This document shows, one piece after another, positions 1 through 10,838 of a DNA stretch of 64,000 nt. Source of the DNA: Blepharisma stoltei ATCC 30299 (Eukaryota > Protista > Ciliophora); contig CBFDEM010000056.1 of the NCBI GenBank assembly GCA_965603825.1, forward strand, positions 248,001 through 312,000. Reading direction: 5' to 3'. The stretch's first letter is position 1, and each line of letters starts with the position of its first letter. Both the position numbers and the translations under genes were made by a program. Under the pieces are notes generated by a model, which was given only the letters and a program-made list of their open reading frames with translations, made no database searches and was not told the DNA's origin.

Positions 1-554
1 TTGCTTGCCTTTTCATGTTTTCGTCTCTCTTCTCCGATTTTTAGCGATTTAACTTTTGTTTCTGCGTCTTCAATAATTTTCATCAACGATTTTTCTCCAG
101 CATCTCTATAACAAAAATAAGCTAAATCTTTTCCATCATCAATAGAAACTAAGCACCCAATATCTGCATTTTCAAATGGAACAAAATTTCCCATTGAAAG
201 ATGCCCGTTCAAGTCTGGGAATTCTTTTAAAGTCATCCCGACAGCTTTGCAGGCTAAATGAGTGATAGTGACCTTTTTCCCTGTTTTCTGATTAATTTTT
301 TCAATTAGCCTAAGAGCGTTAGAAATCCTTATTTTTCGATGTGCAATAATCTCAGGACCATCAGGATCACTCCAAGAAGAAATTCGCTCTTTAGTGCTAT
401 TTGTGTTATATTTCATATACCCTGAAGGTGTCAGAATAGCAGACAGCATAAAATAAGATCCCAAAAAGAAAGCATATATGATTATAAAAGTCCAATTATG
501 GATTGCCACATAAATAATGACAGAAATAATCCCACAGACGCCAAGCCCATTCAT
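1..554 (-). CDS. Membrane-anchored 2-oxoacid dehydrogenase acyltransferase (E2 catalytic-domain-like) protein, 3' truncated by window edge
   Basis: Manual translation from ATG 554: MNGLGVCGIISVIIYVAIHNWTFIIIYAFFLGSYFMLSAIL (hydrophobic)...SSWSDPDGPEII...KVTITHLACKAVGMTLKEFPDLNG...ADIGCLVSIDDGKDL. Resembles the E2 catalytic domain; no lipoyl domain. Absent from the ORF track because the frame runs off the window. Confidence 0.7.
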   Translation of the reverse strand, partial: MNGLGVCGIISVIIYVAIHNWTFIIIYAFFLGSYFMLSAILTPSGYMKYNTNSTKERISSWSDPDGPEIIAHRKIRISNALRLIEKINQKTGKKVTITHLACKAVGMTLKEFPDLNGHLSMGNFVPFENADIGCLVSIDDGKDLAYFCYRDAGEKSLMKIIEDAETKVKSLKIGEERRKHEKAS

Positions 555-592
555 TATAAATTACCCTTTTTATTAAAAATGTTATGTTATTG

Positions 593-1909
593 CTACTCTT
601 CTTCATTAATAACAACTGTGCTCTTTTCTTTGATATTTTTAATATTTTCAGGCTTTGTGTGTGCTCTTCTATTTCTTTCCTTTCTAAACTCACTCTCTTT
701 TTGAATCTGTTTAATCTTTCTTGTCTTAAACAGATATCTTGGCAAATGTCTGTGCTTCAATATCCTTCTCATCTCTGGGACGTACTGATATTTCTTTTTA
801 AGTCTTTCTCTATAATTTATTGCTTCCTGTTCTCTTGGCATCAAGGTCTTAAGCTGTTCGTCTGCTTTGGCTTTCCACACCCTCACATTTGTGTCATCAG
901 AACCAGTTAGCACGAATTTTCCGTCACCTGTAAATTCCACTGCGTGAATCCACTGCATCCTTCTTGTGTGGTAAACTTCTTTGCTTCTGCCGTCTCTAAC
1001 ATCAAAAATCCTTACAGTTTTATCAAAAGAGCCTGAAGCAAATTCCCTGCCTGTAGGGCTGTAAGAAACACTTGTGACTGCATTTATATGGTCTTTGTGG
1101 ATTTTTATGGGCTCTGATAAATTTCTCATATCAAAAGTGTATAAGTTGGTGTCTTCGTTTGCGACTGTAAAATTCATTGGCTCCCTCGGGTTCCATGCAA
1201 AGTCATTAGATTTCATTTTAAGCGTGAATTTTTGCAAGCAGGAGTTCGCTCGAGTATCTATCAAAATAATGCTTCTATCAGTGACTGTGGTCCCTAGTAA
1301 ATGAAATTCAGTAGGGTTGTACTTAATCTTTGTAGTTGAGTCTGAGCCCCATTGGTATTCGCTTAAAGGCTCAGACCTTTTGAAATCCCACACCTGGACT
1401 CCATCATGTCCGCAAGAAGCAAATAAATCTCCTTCCCAAGAAATGTCTACTGCATTCAAGGGCATTGAGGAATTATAAATCTCTGAATTTCCATCAAAAC
1501 TCCATAGCTTTATCACAGAATCTCTTCCAGCAGAAGCAAAATAGTCTCCTCTCATGCTGAGACCATTGACAAAGCCTGCGTGGGCTTCATTCATCGATAA
1601 TTTGCAAGTCATTTTTGTAAGATCCCACAGCTTGATTTCACCATTGGCACTGCCTGAAACTGCAAGACTTAAGTACTTATCAGACCTTGCCAACGATAAA
1701 ACTGAATCTGTATGGTCTTTGAGCGCTGCTATAAAAGGCTTCGCAAAAATCTTTTCCAGCTTCGCAGCATTCAGTGCTCTGACGTACTCCCTAGCTTGTT
1801 GAAAAGGATGCAAAGTTGAGTCTGTGTTTTTGTGGCGCTTAAAAATATCGTTCTGTGTTTCTCTGGACTCTTCCTCTTGGATGCGGACTATGGTTTTTAC
1901 TTTGACCAT
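593..1909 (-). CDS. DCAF13: DCAF13/Sof1 WD40 SSU processome protein
   Basis: HPFQQAREYVRALNAAKLEKIFAKPF, WD40 repeats, YHTRRMQ and Sof1 tail RHLPRY; TAG stop. Confidence 0.96.
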   Translation of the reverse strand: MVKVKTIVRIQEEESRETQNDIFKRHKNTDSTLHPFQQAREYVRALNAAKLEKIFAKPFIAALKDHTDSVLSLARSDKYLSLAVSGSANGEIKLWDLTKMTCKLSMNEAHAGFVNGLSMRGDYFASAGRDSVIKLWSFDGNSEIYNSSMPLNAVDISWEGDLFASCGHDGVQVWDFKRSEPLSEYQWGSDSTTKIKYNPTEFHLLGTTVTDRSIILIDTRANSCLQKFTLKMKSNDFAWNPREPMNFTVANEDTNLYTFDMRNLSEPIKIHKDHINAVTSVSYSPTGREFASGSFDKTVRIFDVRDGRSKEVYHTRRMQWIHAVEFTGDGKFVLTGSDDTNVRVWKAKADEQLKTLMPREQEAINYRERLKKKYQYVPEMRRILKHRHLPRYLFKTRKIKQIQKESEFRKERNRRAHTKPENIKNIKEKSTVVINEEE

Positions 1910-1949
1910 ATTAAATAATAATTTGGTTAAATAAATACTTAACGAGAAG

Positions 1950-2459
1950 TTAAGGGAAAGCTTTCTTAGTCATGATGTTGTAGAAGTCTTCTGGGGTTAC
2001 TTGTCCATCCCCGTCTGAATCAGCTCTTTCGATCATTTCTAAGAGCTCTTCATCAGTCATTGTTTCTCCAAGCTCTCTGGCAACTCTTCTTAGGTTTTTG
2101 ATAGTGATATAGCCTGTTTTGTCATCGTCGAAAAGTCTGAAGACTTTGTTGATGTCTTCTCTGGTGTCTTTATCACTCATTCTTGCTGTCATCATATCCA
2201 AAAATTCATCAAAATCAATTGCACCTGAGCCGTCTTTGTCGAGGTCACTAATCATTTGGTAAATTGTCTGGTTCTTAGCTTCGAAGCCGAGAGATTGCAT
2301 TGCAGACTTGAGTTCGCGAGGGTCAATTGTTCCAGATCCATCGGTGTCAAAAAGATCGAAGGCTTCTTTGATTTCTTCGATCTCATCTTCTGTGAGTCCT
2401 GGCCTTTCGTATTGCTTTGGATTAAATCCTTTACCTTTTGGAGCTGCTCTTCCAGCCAT
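1950..2459 (-). CDS. Centrin (caltractin), 4 EF-hands
   Basis: [32 protein letters not shown]...[12 protein letters not shown]; TAA stop. Confidence 0.96.
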   Translation of the reverse strand: MAGRAAPKGKGFNPKQYERPGLTEDEIEEIKEAFDLFDTDGSGTIDPRELKSAMQSLGFEAKNQTIYQMISDLDKDGSGAIDFDEFLDMMTARMSDKDTREDINKVFRLFDDDKTGYITIKNLRRVARELGETMTDEELLEMIERADSDGDGQVTPEDFYNIMTKKAFP

Positions 2460-2927
2460 TATATTTCTATTATATCCGTTGGAAAATGTCTAATTTTATA
2501 TTTATGAGGAGTCCTCTATCATATTTAATTTGACTGATTATTGTAGTAATGGAATAAAACTGAAATTTTCCAGTATTTGAAGAAAGATAGCGGAAAAGAT
2601 AATTTATGATAAGCTGAGGATAAAAATTAAAAGGGTTGGACAAAAATAATCTAGAGTTTCAGTATTTATTATAAGTGAAGAGTTTTTAGCAAGAAAAGTT
2701 ATTTGTTTGAGCATTTTGGAACTTTAATAGCTATCATAGGGGCATCAGTACTATACTAGAGTGCGAATCAAAATGCTATAATTAATTAATAAATTTAAAT
2801 GCATTGTTTAATTAATCAGCCCTAATTTATTTTTTATCACTTATAATTACTCTAGTATTATATAATTTATGATAAATATTTCCCTTGTTAAAAATATGAC
2901 TTATTGCATTCAATTAATTTAGCTGTT

Positions 2928-5891
2928 CTATTCTCTCCAAACTTTTATCGGACTTAATGGCTCTTCTTCATCGCTCTCCTCTGCATAGCTTTCCATTGGC
3001 TTCAGCAACGGTGACTTCGTATCAAACTGCCCTGAAAGTCGATATGAGTGCCTTGTAGAAAGCGCCCTCAGGTCCCCATAAGAATAATTCTTCTTGCACA
3101 CATTGCTCCATCCTCTAAGCTGCTCTAATATATGAACAACTTCATTTGCGTCATTTACATAAAAGTCAGCTGAGCTAGGCTTTCTTCCAACAGTGCATGT
3201 AAACGATTTTAATTCTCTTTTATGTGCTAAAAGGTTGCTGCCTTCTTTTTTGAGTGCTTTTACAACTTTGAACATTTCTTCGTCTGCGATATCGTCTCCA
3301 ATTGTCAAAATGAAATCAGGCGGCCCTCTCCTTTCTTTTAGATCTTGGAGGACTTTGTAAACTGCTGTTCCTTTTGTGGTCCCTTGAGGCTTTACTTCTA
3401 CGTATCCCAGGCCAGCTGAGACTTCGCACTCGTTCATGAAAGGCTTTAGCAGGATTTCTAGGTGGGAAATAAGCTCTTTGGCTTGCCAAGAACCAATGTC
3501 TGGGTCTGTATCTCGGTACGAAAATACGACAGAGCATTCTTTGGCTTCCATAGTCGAGCCTTCTGTCCTGACTACATAGGCTCCAATGATTTGCTTAGCA
3601 GTTTCAATCCAAGGCATTTCCCCAGTGAGAGAGTTTTCCCAGGTGCTCCCATAATTCCATTTCAGTATTGCCCCATACTCGGCAGCCATCCCTAGTCCTT
3701 GAATACTCCCAAACCAATTTTCAACAACTGCTCTCATTCTTCCAGTTACCACAAAAACGCTATTTCTTTCATCTTTACACAAATCAGTCAAGCAATTCAC
3801 AATCTTTTCTGATGGGCCTACACTTTTATCAATTTCGGTTTGCTTTAAAAGATTTGACAACGTTCCCTCATTATCAAAGAAAAATGCTCTATTTTTTGTC
3901 TCTTTATAAGCTTTCAGCAAATAATCAGCTTTTAATAAGCTAAACTTCTTTTTTAAAGCAATTAATTTCAGTTTATCACCGAGTCCATGTGTTACATATT
4001 GGAAATGCTTTGTGTCTTTTTTGGCCCTAATTAAATCAGATAAAAAGTTAAAAGCCCATTTGAGGGTTGTATTGGTGTTGATATAGTTAAGGTCTCTTTT
4101 TCTTTTGGCTGCATTATCACTGCTAGTAGGCGTGGTGATAAGGTAGTGAATTTCGGCTTCAAGCTGGGCTATATCAAAAGGATTGACACGCTTTAAGCTG
4201 CTTAAAGCACGACTCACCCCAGTAAATTCAGAGATAATGATTTCCACTGGTTTTTCTTTGCTTATAGCAATCACTTCAAAAGGAATCAAAAACAGTCCTT
4301 CTTTGTATGAGCTGTTCACAATGCCATATGCAATAGACATATAAGCATACCTGAGCTCTCTTGTAATAATCGAACCATCAACAAACTCTACGACATTTGT
4401 CCCTATTTCGGCATTGATTTCTGTTTTTAGTTTAACAATCTCTTGCAAAACATCGTCTCTCTCTGCATCTGAGCTGTTTTTTGCTTCAATCAGAAGCTGA
4501 ACAAACACGATTTTGTTTTTATAATGCATTAAATTTTTCATTGAGAGCTTAAATGCGTTAAGCTTCAGTGCAATTCCTGAAAGCCTATGAAGAGGATCAA
4601 CGCCCACTAATACTTTTTTGCCTGCATACTTTGTTTTTAGGTCCCTCATGATATTGCTGTACCCCTCACTTGCAAGGACATTATCTATAATTTTTGGTTC
4701 AACTCCTAAATGCCCAATTCTAATCATAATATGCCTTCCATAATAATCAAGCATTAAATATCCTTTTGGAGAAAACTGATGATCAATCCCAAGCAGACTT
4801 TTGCAGGATCCTAAAAAGTGTCGTGCATACTCAAAGAGATGAAAGCCAATTAAGTCACAGCAAAGCATGGCATGCAGAATTGCTTCCCTATGTGGTAAAA
4901 CTCTGAAAACTTCTGAACTTGGGAAAGGGTTATGCAAGAAAATGCCAATATTTAATATATCCCTGGTCCTTCTCGACACAAAGCTAGGAGTCAATAGCAG
5001 CTGATAGTCATGAACCCAAATAAGCTCATCTTTATATATCTTCATTATTTTATCTGCAGCAATAGAATTGACTTTCCTGTAAGCTTCCCACAATTCCTCA
5101 GAATACTGAGGGTTATTATCTTCGGAGGTGTCAATTATATTGTTAAAAAGAGGGTAAAGAATTCCATTACAAAATTGTGTGTGCAAAGCCATTGTATCTT
5201 CAGGGATAAATAATGGCTCACACTTGTATTTGGCTCTAAGTTCATTTGCCAGCTCCTCTTGTTCAGCTTCGTCTTCAACACATATATGAGGCCATCCAAT
5301 CCATACAAAATTGATATTTTCTTGATTCGCAATTTCATACAGCACAGGTAGCCACAGTCCTTTTGCGTTTTCAAAGACCCACTTTTCTGAGTTGGGGTTC
5401 TGTGAGTCATAATTTGGATTTCTTTCTACCCTGATTGGTAAGTTCATTGACACTATGATTATTGAGTTCTCTGGGCTGAATTTCTGTCCTTCATCAACCA
5501 AAATGATTGGATTTTCAAGAGTTCTCGCAAAGCTTACACTAGGATCAATTTGAGATTGGATTTGTCTGGAAATATGAGAACCAGCTTTATCCTTGACTAT
5601 CATATTGAAATCCTCCACTTCAAGTTTACGATTTTCTTTTAGTTCTTCCCACTTGTAGCTGGCTTTGTTAAAGTAGACGTATTTGTAAAAGGTAGATGAG
5701 TTGCTTTGTATGAGCGCAGGTACAGGAGTTGACCAGACTGGGTAGCGCTCTGGATCTGTTTTCATCAAAACACCTTTTTCAGGATTTCAAGAACCTAGCT
5801 CTTCAGCTTCTCCAACTATGAGAACGTCTTCACCGGGCTGAGTAGTCGTGGTGAATTCAAATGTTACTCTGACTTTTTGTGAAGAAGACAT
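2928..5891 (-). CDS. CBM20 + trehalose-6-phosphate synthase/phosphatase-like protein (987 aa)
   Basis: ORF extends upstream through in-frame TGA 5787-5789 (ELGS[W]NPEKG, CBM20 motif) to ATG 5891. GT20 motifs WVHDYQL and FLHNPFPSSEVFR; HAD motifs FFDNEGTL and GDDIADEEMF. Confidence 0.92.
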
Positions 5892-6697
5892 TATATGATG
5901 CTCTTAATCCTTTAATTATAAATTTAGCGGCATTAAGCATTATTAAGGCTGGATTAGTGGAATTAAAATTTTAAGGTGGAAGGGAGTGAATAGAAGTTTA
6001 GCCATTTTGCAAATGACTGTTAATTAGCTTTGAGCATCATGATAAATATGTTTAAAAGAATTAAAAGGTTTTTGATCATTTTATTAAGTAGTTGACTATT
6101 AAATTGAATTATTTATGAGTGTAGGAAATTCCCTTGAATATCTTAATAAAATTTATATTATATGAGGTTTAGGGGCATTCGATAAAAATTGTAGCCTTTC
6201 TGAACTAAATTCATCTTCTTTAGACCGAGCTTTCTCACGAAAGCAGGCACACAGCTGAGTATTTTATTAAAGAGGGTCAAAATAAATACGAATATTAAAA
6301 AAGTAAGGATCAAAAAAACTTATTAAGACAAAGCAAGTGACTGCATTAACCCAATAATATTTATAAAATGAGACAGCCCCTCCGAGCATTTATATATAAA
6401 TTAATTCAGTAATCATATAAAAAAGGGAGAATCAGCTATTAGTTTATAACTTTTCCTCATAATAATAGTAGAAAAATGATTAATTAGACATATTAAATTC
6501 GTTTTTTTTTGATTTTATCTGATCAAAAATTAAAACAAATATTTGCCAATGCAATCAAAATCTTTTGGATCATTAAAATTTCCAAATTGTTTTAGTGAGA
6601 TAGATATATTCTTAATTTATTTGCCTCTCCATAAATTATTGTTAAAGCTCTACATGAGCATATTTTGTTTATTATTCTAGATACAAAATACTGACAA

Positions 6698-7317
6698 ATG
6701 GCATCTCGTTTAAAAACAACAAAATCATTAGATTCAAAGGATAATAAGTCGCATCTTCCTGCTCTAAATCCTTCGTTTGAAAGGATCAAAAGGGTCTATA
6801 TTGCGCAAATTACGAAAGCAGATTCCAAGCCCCAAAAGGTAATTTTCGAATAGTCCAGATTGTAGATAGACTATACTTGGGATCAGTGGGAGCTGCTTAC
6901 ACCCTTGCAGTATTAAAAAATTTTAAAATCACTCACATTTTGACGCTCTGTGAGTGTTTACCACCAAAGTTTCCTAATGTAAATTCTACTTAGGAATTCG
7001 AATATAAAGTTATATGCATAACAGATGAGCCGACTTCTCATATTTCTTCACATTTTAAGGAATGTTTGGACTGGATAAAGACTGCTATTAGCAATGGCGG
7101 AGTTGTTTTAGTGCACTGCTTTGCTGGGGTTTCGAGATCATCAACAATAATAATCGCTTATCTTATGAGATATCATAACATGAATTTGAAAGAAGCAATT
7201 TTGTATGCAAAATCCAAAAGACCTTGGATAAATCCAAATTTTGGTTTCATGGGACAGTTAAGAAGGTATGAAAACTTTTTAAACAATCAAAGGAAAAAAG
7301 GAGCGATTGAAAATTAG
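6698..7317 (+). CDS. Dual-specificity protein phosphatase (194 aa; exons 6698-6838, 6859-6978, 6994-7317)
   Basis: PQKIVDRLYLGS, active site VHCFAGVSRS, INPNFGF. Two introns are needed to keep frame; TAG stop. Confidence 0.88.
6839..6858 (+). other. Putative 20-nt spliceosomal intron
   Basis: gtaattttcgaatagtccag. This excision joins the ATG 6698 frame to IVDRLYLGS; the 15-nt alternative gives TCC AGA TTG TAG. Confidence 0.6.
6979..6993 (+). other. 15-nt spliceosomal intron
   Basis: gtaaattctacttag, A at position 10, in-frame TAG; removal gives PPKFPN|EFEYK. Confidence 0.9.
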
Positions 7318-7553
7318 GAGAAAGAATCTAATGGCTTATAAACTGACTAATTGAAATGCTTTTATATCGAATTGAATTATATTTCGCATAAATTAAGTAT
7401 ACTAAAAGCAGTAAGAGTTATTTCTTATTTTATAAATAAAGTTGTAAATAATACATCAAATTTAAAAGCATTTACAGAGAAGCTTCAGGTTGCTTACTTA
7501 TTTATGTTCAAATCGTTTTTTATTTGCAATTCATAAATCCAATTAAATCAAAA

Positions 7554-10500
7554 ATGTCACTAAGAGCTCAAGCTCCAATTGCAGCAGCCCCAATTGTAAT
7601 CCAAAACATAAATAAAACCCGCTACAAATCTTCTTCAAAAGAGCCCTCAAGCACCAGACCTCGTTCAATCGATAGCCAAAGGCGGTTAAATTCTCGAGTA
7701 AACAAATCATTCACTGTTCATCACGAAACTCCAACAGCCCTATGCTCAAACCGCAACCAAAGTTTCACAATTGAAAAATCTCGAAACATTTCCCTAGGCT
7801 GCTCCACCCCAAAAAATAAAAATCCAAGCAAAGGAAACATTAGATCTACGAGCAAACTCGTTTCCGGACACCCCTGCCCTCGCGACTTAGAAGAGCGTGA
7901 AATTTTGTATAGAAAAGAAATCATTAACTCACTGTTTGAGCGTGGCAAATCTGAGATGAAATTAGGAGAGTATACAACAGCTTTGGGATTTTTTAAAAAA
8001 GTGCTAAAAGAGGACCCTAATCATGTAGAAGCAATTTTTGATAAAGCAAGCTGTTATATATACCTTGGAGAGCATAAAAAAGCGATCCCAGACTTGTTGA
8101 CGCTGACCAAAGATTACCCTTATTATGATAGACAAGTATATAGTGCTTTAGCAATGTGCTTTGTAGCGGTTGGAGATTTAATTACTGCTGTAAGGCAGAT
8201 AAGTAGAGGACTGATAAAATTTCCAAAATTTGTGGAAGGGTATATAACAAGAGGCAAACTATATAATGAGCAGAAAAAATGGGATAAAGCTATACTGGAT
8301 TTCCATAAAGCTATTGAGCTGAATGGAAATGATGGAAATGGCTATCTTGGACTAGCAGACGCTCTTTTAGGAATGGAGGACTCTAGGAGTGCACTCAAGA
8401 TGTTGGGAAGTGCGATTCAATGTCCCAATACATCAATGCAGGCTTTGCTTCAGAGAGCTAAAATCCACTATGAGCTTCATGAAAATGATAAAGCATTAAA
8501 AGATTTAGACTTACTATTAGCTAACAAAAATGACTGTACTGAAGCTTTCTACTATAAAGCTTTGGTGCTGCTGTCCCAGGAAAACTTATCAGACGCAGCC
8601 TTGTGCCTTGAACAAGCTATAAAATACGATGTTTATGAACAAAAGTTCACTGGAGCTGCTATTTATAACTTAGGAGCTATCAAAATCAAACAAAAAGATT
8701 ATTATGGAGCTATGCATACTTTTCAGAGGTCAATAAGCAATAATGTTGATATAAAAGAACAAAGCGTCTTGATTGCATATACCGATGCAATATTGAACCT
8801 TATGAAGAGGAAATTCAAAGAAGGAGTGTCTATGCTGTCTAAAATTATCAAAAAAAGGCATCCAGTCCTGCAGGAATTTCTTGGAAACTGCTTTGCATAT
8901 CGAGGGTATGGGCTAGCGTCCTTGGGAAGCCATGAAAAAGCATTAAAAGATTTTATGGCTTCAAGCAGAATTCAGCCACTAGATAATGCTTCAGAGTATA
9001 ATATGCTTATATCTCAAGCAATTGTGGTTTCAGAAACTGATTTAGAGACTGCACTATCATTATTTAAATCAGCTGCTGAACATTTTCCCAAAAATACTGA
9101 ACCTCTTGCATACCAAGCTGCGACTTTATTAAAGCTGTCTCGGCTTCATAATAAAACAGCACTAGCAGACCAAGCTGGAGTGCTTCTAACTAAGGCAATT
9201 GAGTCAAGAGAAACAGAAAGCGAGCTTTATTTTTACCGTGGTATTGTGCTATATTTTCTAGGAAAACCTATTGATGCAGTTACTGATATGGAATCAGCAA
9301 TGGAGAAATCAGAAGAAAATATGCCCATGCACTTTTTGGCTCGTGGACTCTGTTATGTTACTTTAAAGCTCATAAAAGAAGCGATAGAAGATTTTTCAAT
9401 TGCAATTCAACTTGATGAAAAACTAGCTGAAGCTTATTTTTATCGAGGAAGGTGTGCATATTTGCTGGACGACACTCAGCTGGCATTTTTAGACTTCCAA
9501 AAATTGATAGTTGCAAAGCCCAAAGACCCAATAGTGCATGTTCATGCGGGAAATTTATTGATGCTTACTAACTCAATTGAGGATGCAACGAAAGCATTTT
9601 CAAACGCAAATTCTATAAAGCCAACCATAACTGCTTATGTCCAAAGCGCGAAATGCAGTATAATTAATCGAGATATTGATAAATCAATAGAAGAACTTAC
9701 AAAAGCATGCGAAATTGATATGAAAAATGAAATCACACTTGATATCAGTGTCTTACAGGCAATAAAAGATGCCCATAAGAAGGAAGACTTAAAAGGATCT
9801 TTGACAAAGTCAATTAATTTGCTATCACAAGCATTAAAATCGAACTCAGAAGGAGAAATTTGTAAGCCAAAACAAGTTCACTGGTATAAAGGTATTTTCA
9901 ATTTCTTTTTGGGAGATTTTGAAAAAGCTCAAAGCGAGTTTAAAAATTCACTTAGTAAAAAAGAAATTGCAGAAATGGCCAATGCAAGTCCTATTGAGCA
10001 AGCAATGGTTGAAAAGGAAAACGCTGAACTTATATATAATGTTGCCTTATGCTATATTCTAGAAGAGTATTATGAAGCTGCCTTTATGCATCTTCATGAG
10101 ATTCTACCCTATACAGAAGGCAGTGATAGAGGAAAGCTGCTTTTGCTAATCGGAATTTTGCATCTAGGACTTGAGCAGACTGATGAGGCAAGAGAATTTA
10201 TGGTTGAGGGCTTTAAGTTTGATTCAGAAACTGTATCTGCGTATTTGGAAGAAAAGAAAGACGTAAAGATTCTTCCGTTTAATTCTGGATCAACATATGC
10301 ATCTCGCTTCCCAATGGCAAGAATCAAGGTGAAAAACACTAATCCAGTCCTTATAAGGCCTACTTTTAATCTACCAAGAATTCGGCTACCTGTAATGGAC
10401 TTCCAAACTGAAGACTTCATCTTAGATCAGTTTGGGGTAAAATCCATTAAAAGTAAACCAGAAGCCCCATGGCTCAATAGAGTCAACGGTGGCATCCAAT

Positions 10501-10823
10501 TCACAGAAAATATCCAAGAAATTGTTAGCCAAACAGTTTCAGAAAGCGAAGAAGAGGAAGACTCAAAATCTGATAAAGAGTCAAAGAAGTTCTCAGAAGA
10601 GTCCTCAAGCCTATTCGGGGGTGAAAACCGAACTTTTAAGTCTGACAGTGCTTTGCCAAAACATGATGAAAACGACGATATAATATCTGAGTATCTAAAA
10701 AGGCAGAATATAAAGCAAGAAATTGGTACACCGACTGAAGGCAGCAGCAGTGACGTTAAAAACCGACTACAATTTATGCTAAGTCCAAACTATGAAATGA
10801 GTGAAGATATATTGGAGTTTTAG
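7554..10823 (+). CDS. Large tetratricopeptide-repeat protein
   Basis: Many TPR motifs (AIEDFSIAIQLDEKLAEAYFYRG; AILDFHKAIELN). First ATG at 7554 (track start 7524 is TTG); TAG stop. Confidence 0.88.
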   Translation: MSLRAQAPIAAAPIVIQNINKTRYKSSSKEPSSTRPRSIDSQRRLNSRVNKSFTVHHETPTALCSNRNQSFTIEKSRNISLGCSTPKNKNPSKGNIRSTSKLVSGHPCPRDLEEREILYRKEIINSLFERGKSEMKLGEYTTALGFFKKVLKEDPNHVEAIFDKASCYIYLGEHKKAIPDLLTLTKDYPYYDRQVYSALAMCFVAVGDLITAVRQISRGLIKFPKFVEGYITRGKLYNEQKKWDKAILDFHKAIELNGNDGNGYLGLADALLGMEDSRSALKMLGSAIQCPNTSMQALLQRAKIHYELHENDKALKDLDLLLANKNDCTEAFYYKALVLLSQENLSDAALCLEQAIKYDVYEQKFTGAAIYNLGAIKIKQKDYYGAMHTFQRSISNNVDIKEQSVLIAYTDAILNLMKRKFKEGVSMLSKIIKKRHPVLQEFLGNCFAYRGYGLASLGSHEKALKDFMASSRIQPLDNASEYNMLISQAIVVSETDLETALSLFKSAAEHFPKNTEPLAYQAATLLKLSRLHNKTALADQAGVLLTKAIESRETESELYFYRGIVLYFLGKPIDAVTDMESAMEKSEENMPMHFLARGLCYVTLKLIKEAIEDFSIAIQLDEKLAEAYFYRGRCAYLLDDTQLAFLDFQKLIVAKPKDPIVHVHAGNLLMLTNSIEDATKAFSNANSIKPTITAYVQSAKCSIINRDIDKSIEELTKACEIDMKNEITLDISVLQAIKDAHKKEDLKGSLTKSINLLSQALKSNSEGEICKPKQVHWYKGIFNFFLGDFEKAQSEFKNSLSKKEIAEMANASPIEQAMVEKENAELIYNVALCYILEEYYEAAFMHLHEILPYTEGSDRGKLLLLIGILHLGLEQTDEAREFMVEGFKFDSETVSAYLEEKKDVKILPFNSGSTYASRFPMARIKVKNTNPVLIRPTFNLPRIRLPVMDFQTEDFILDQFGVKSIKSKPEAPWLNRVNGGIQFTENIQEIVSQTVSESEEEEDSKSDKESKKFSEESSSLFGGENRTFKSDSALPKHDENDDIISEYLKRQNIKQEIGTPTEGSSSDVKNRLQFMLSPNYEMSEDILEF

Positions 10824-10838
10824 TGTAACCTTAACTAA

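Noticed and set aside
2710-2777. 9-bp inverted repeat AGCATTTTG/CAAAATGCT with an inner hairpin
   Set aside because: Short, in AT-rich DNA, no convincing C/D or H/ACA boxes
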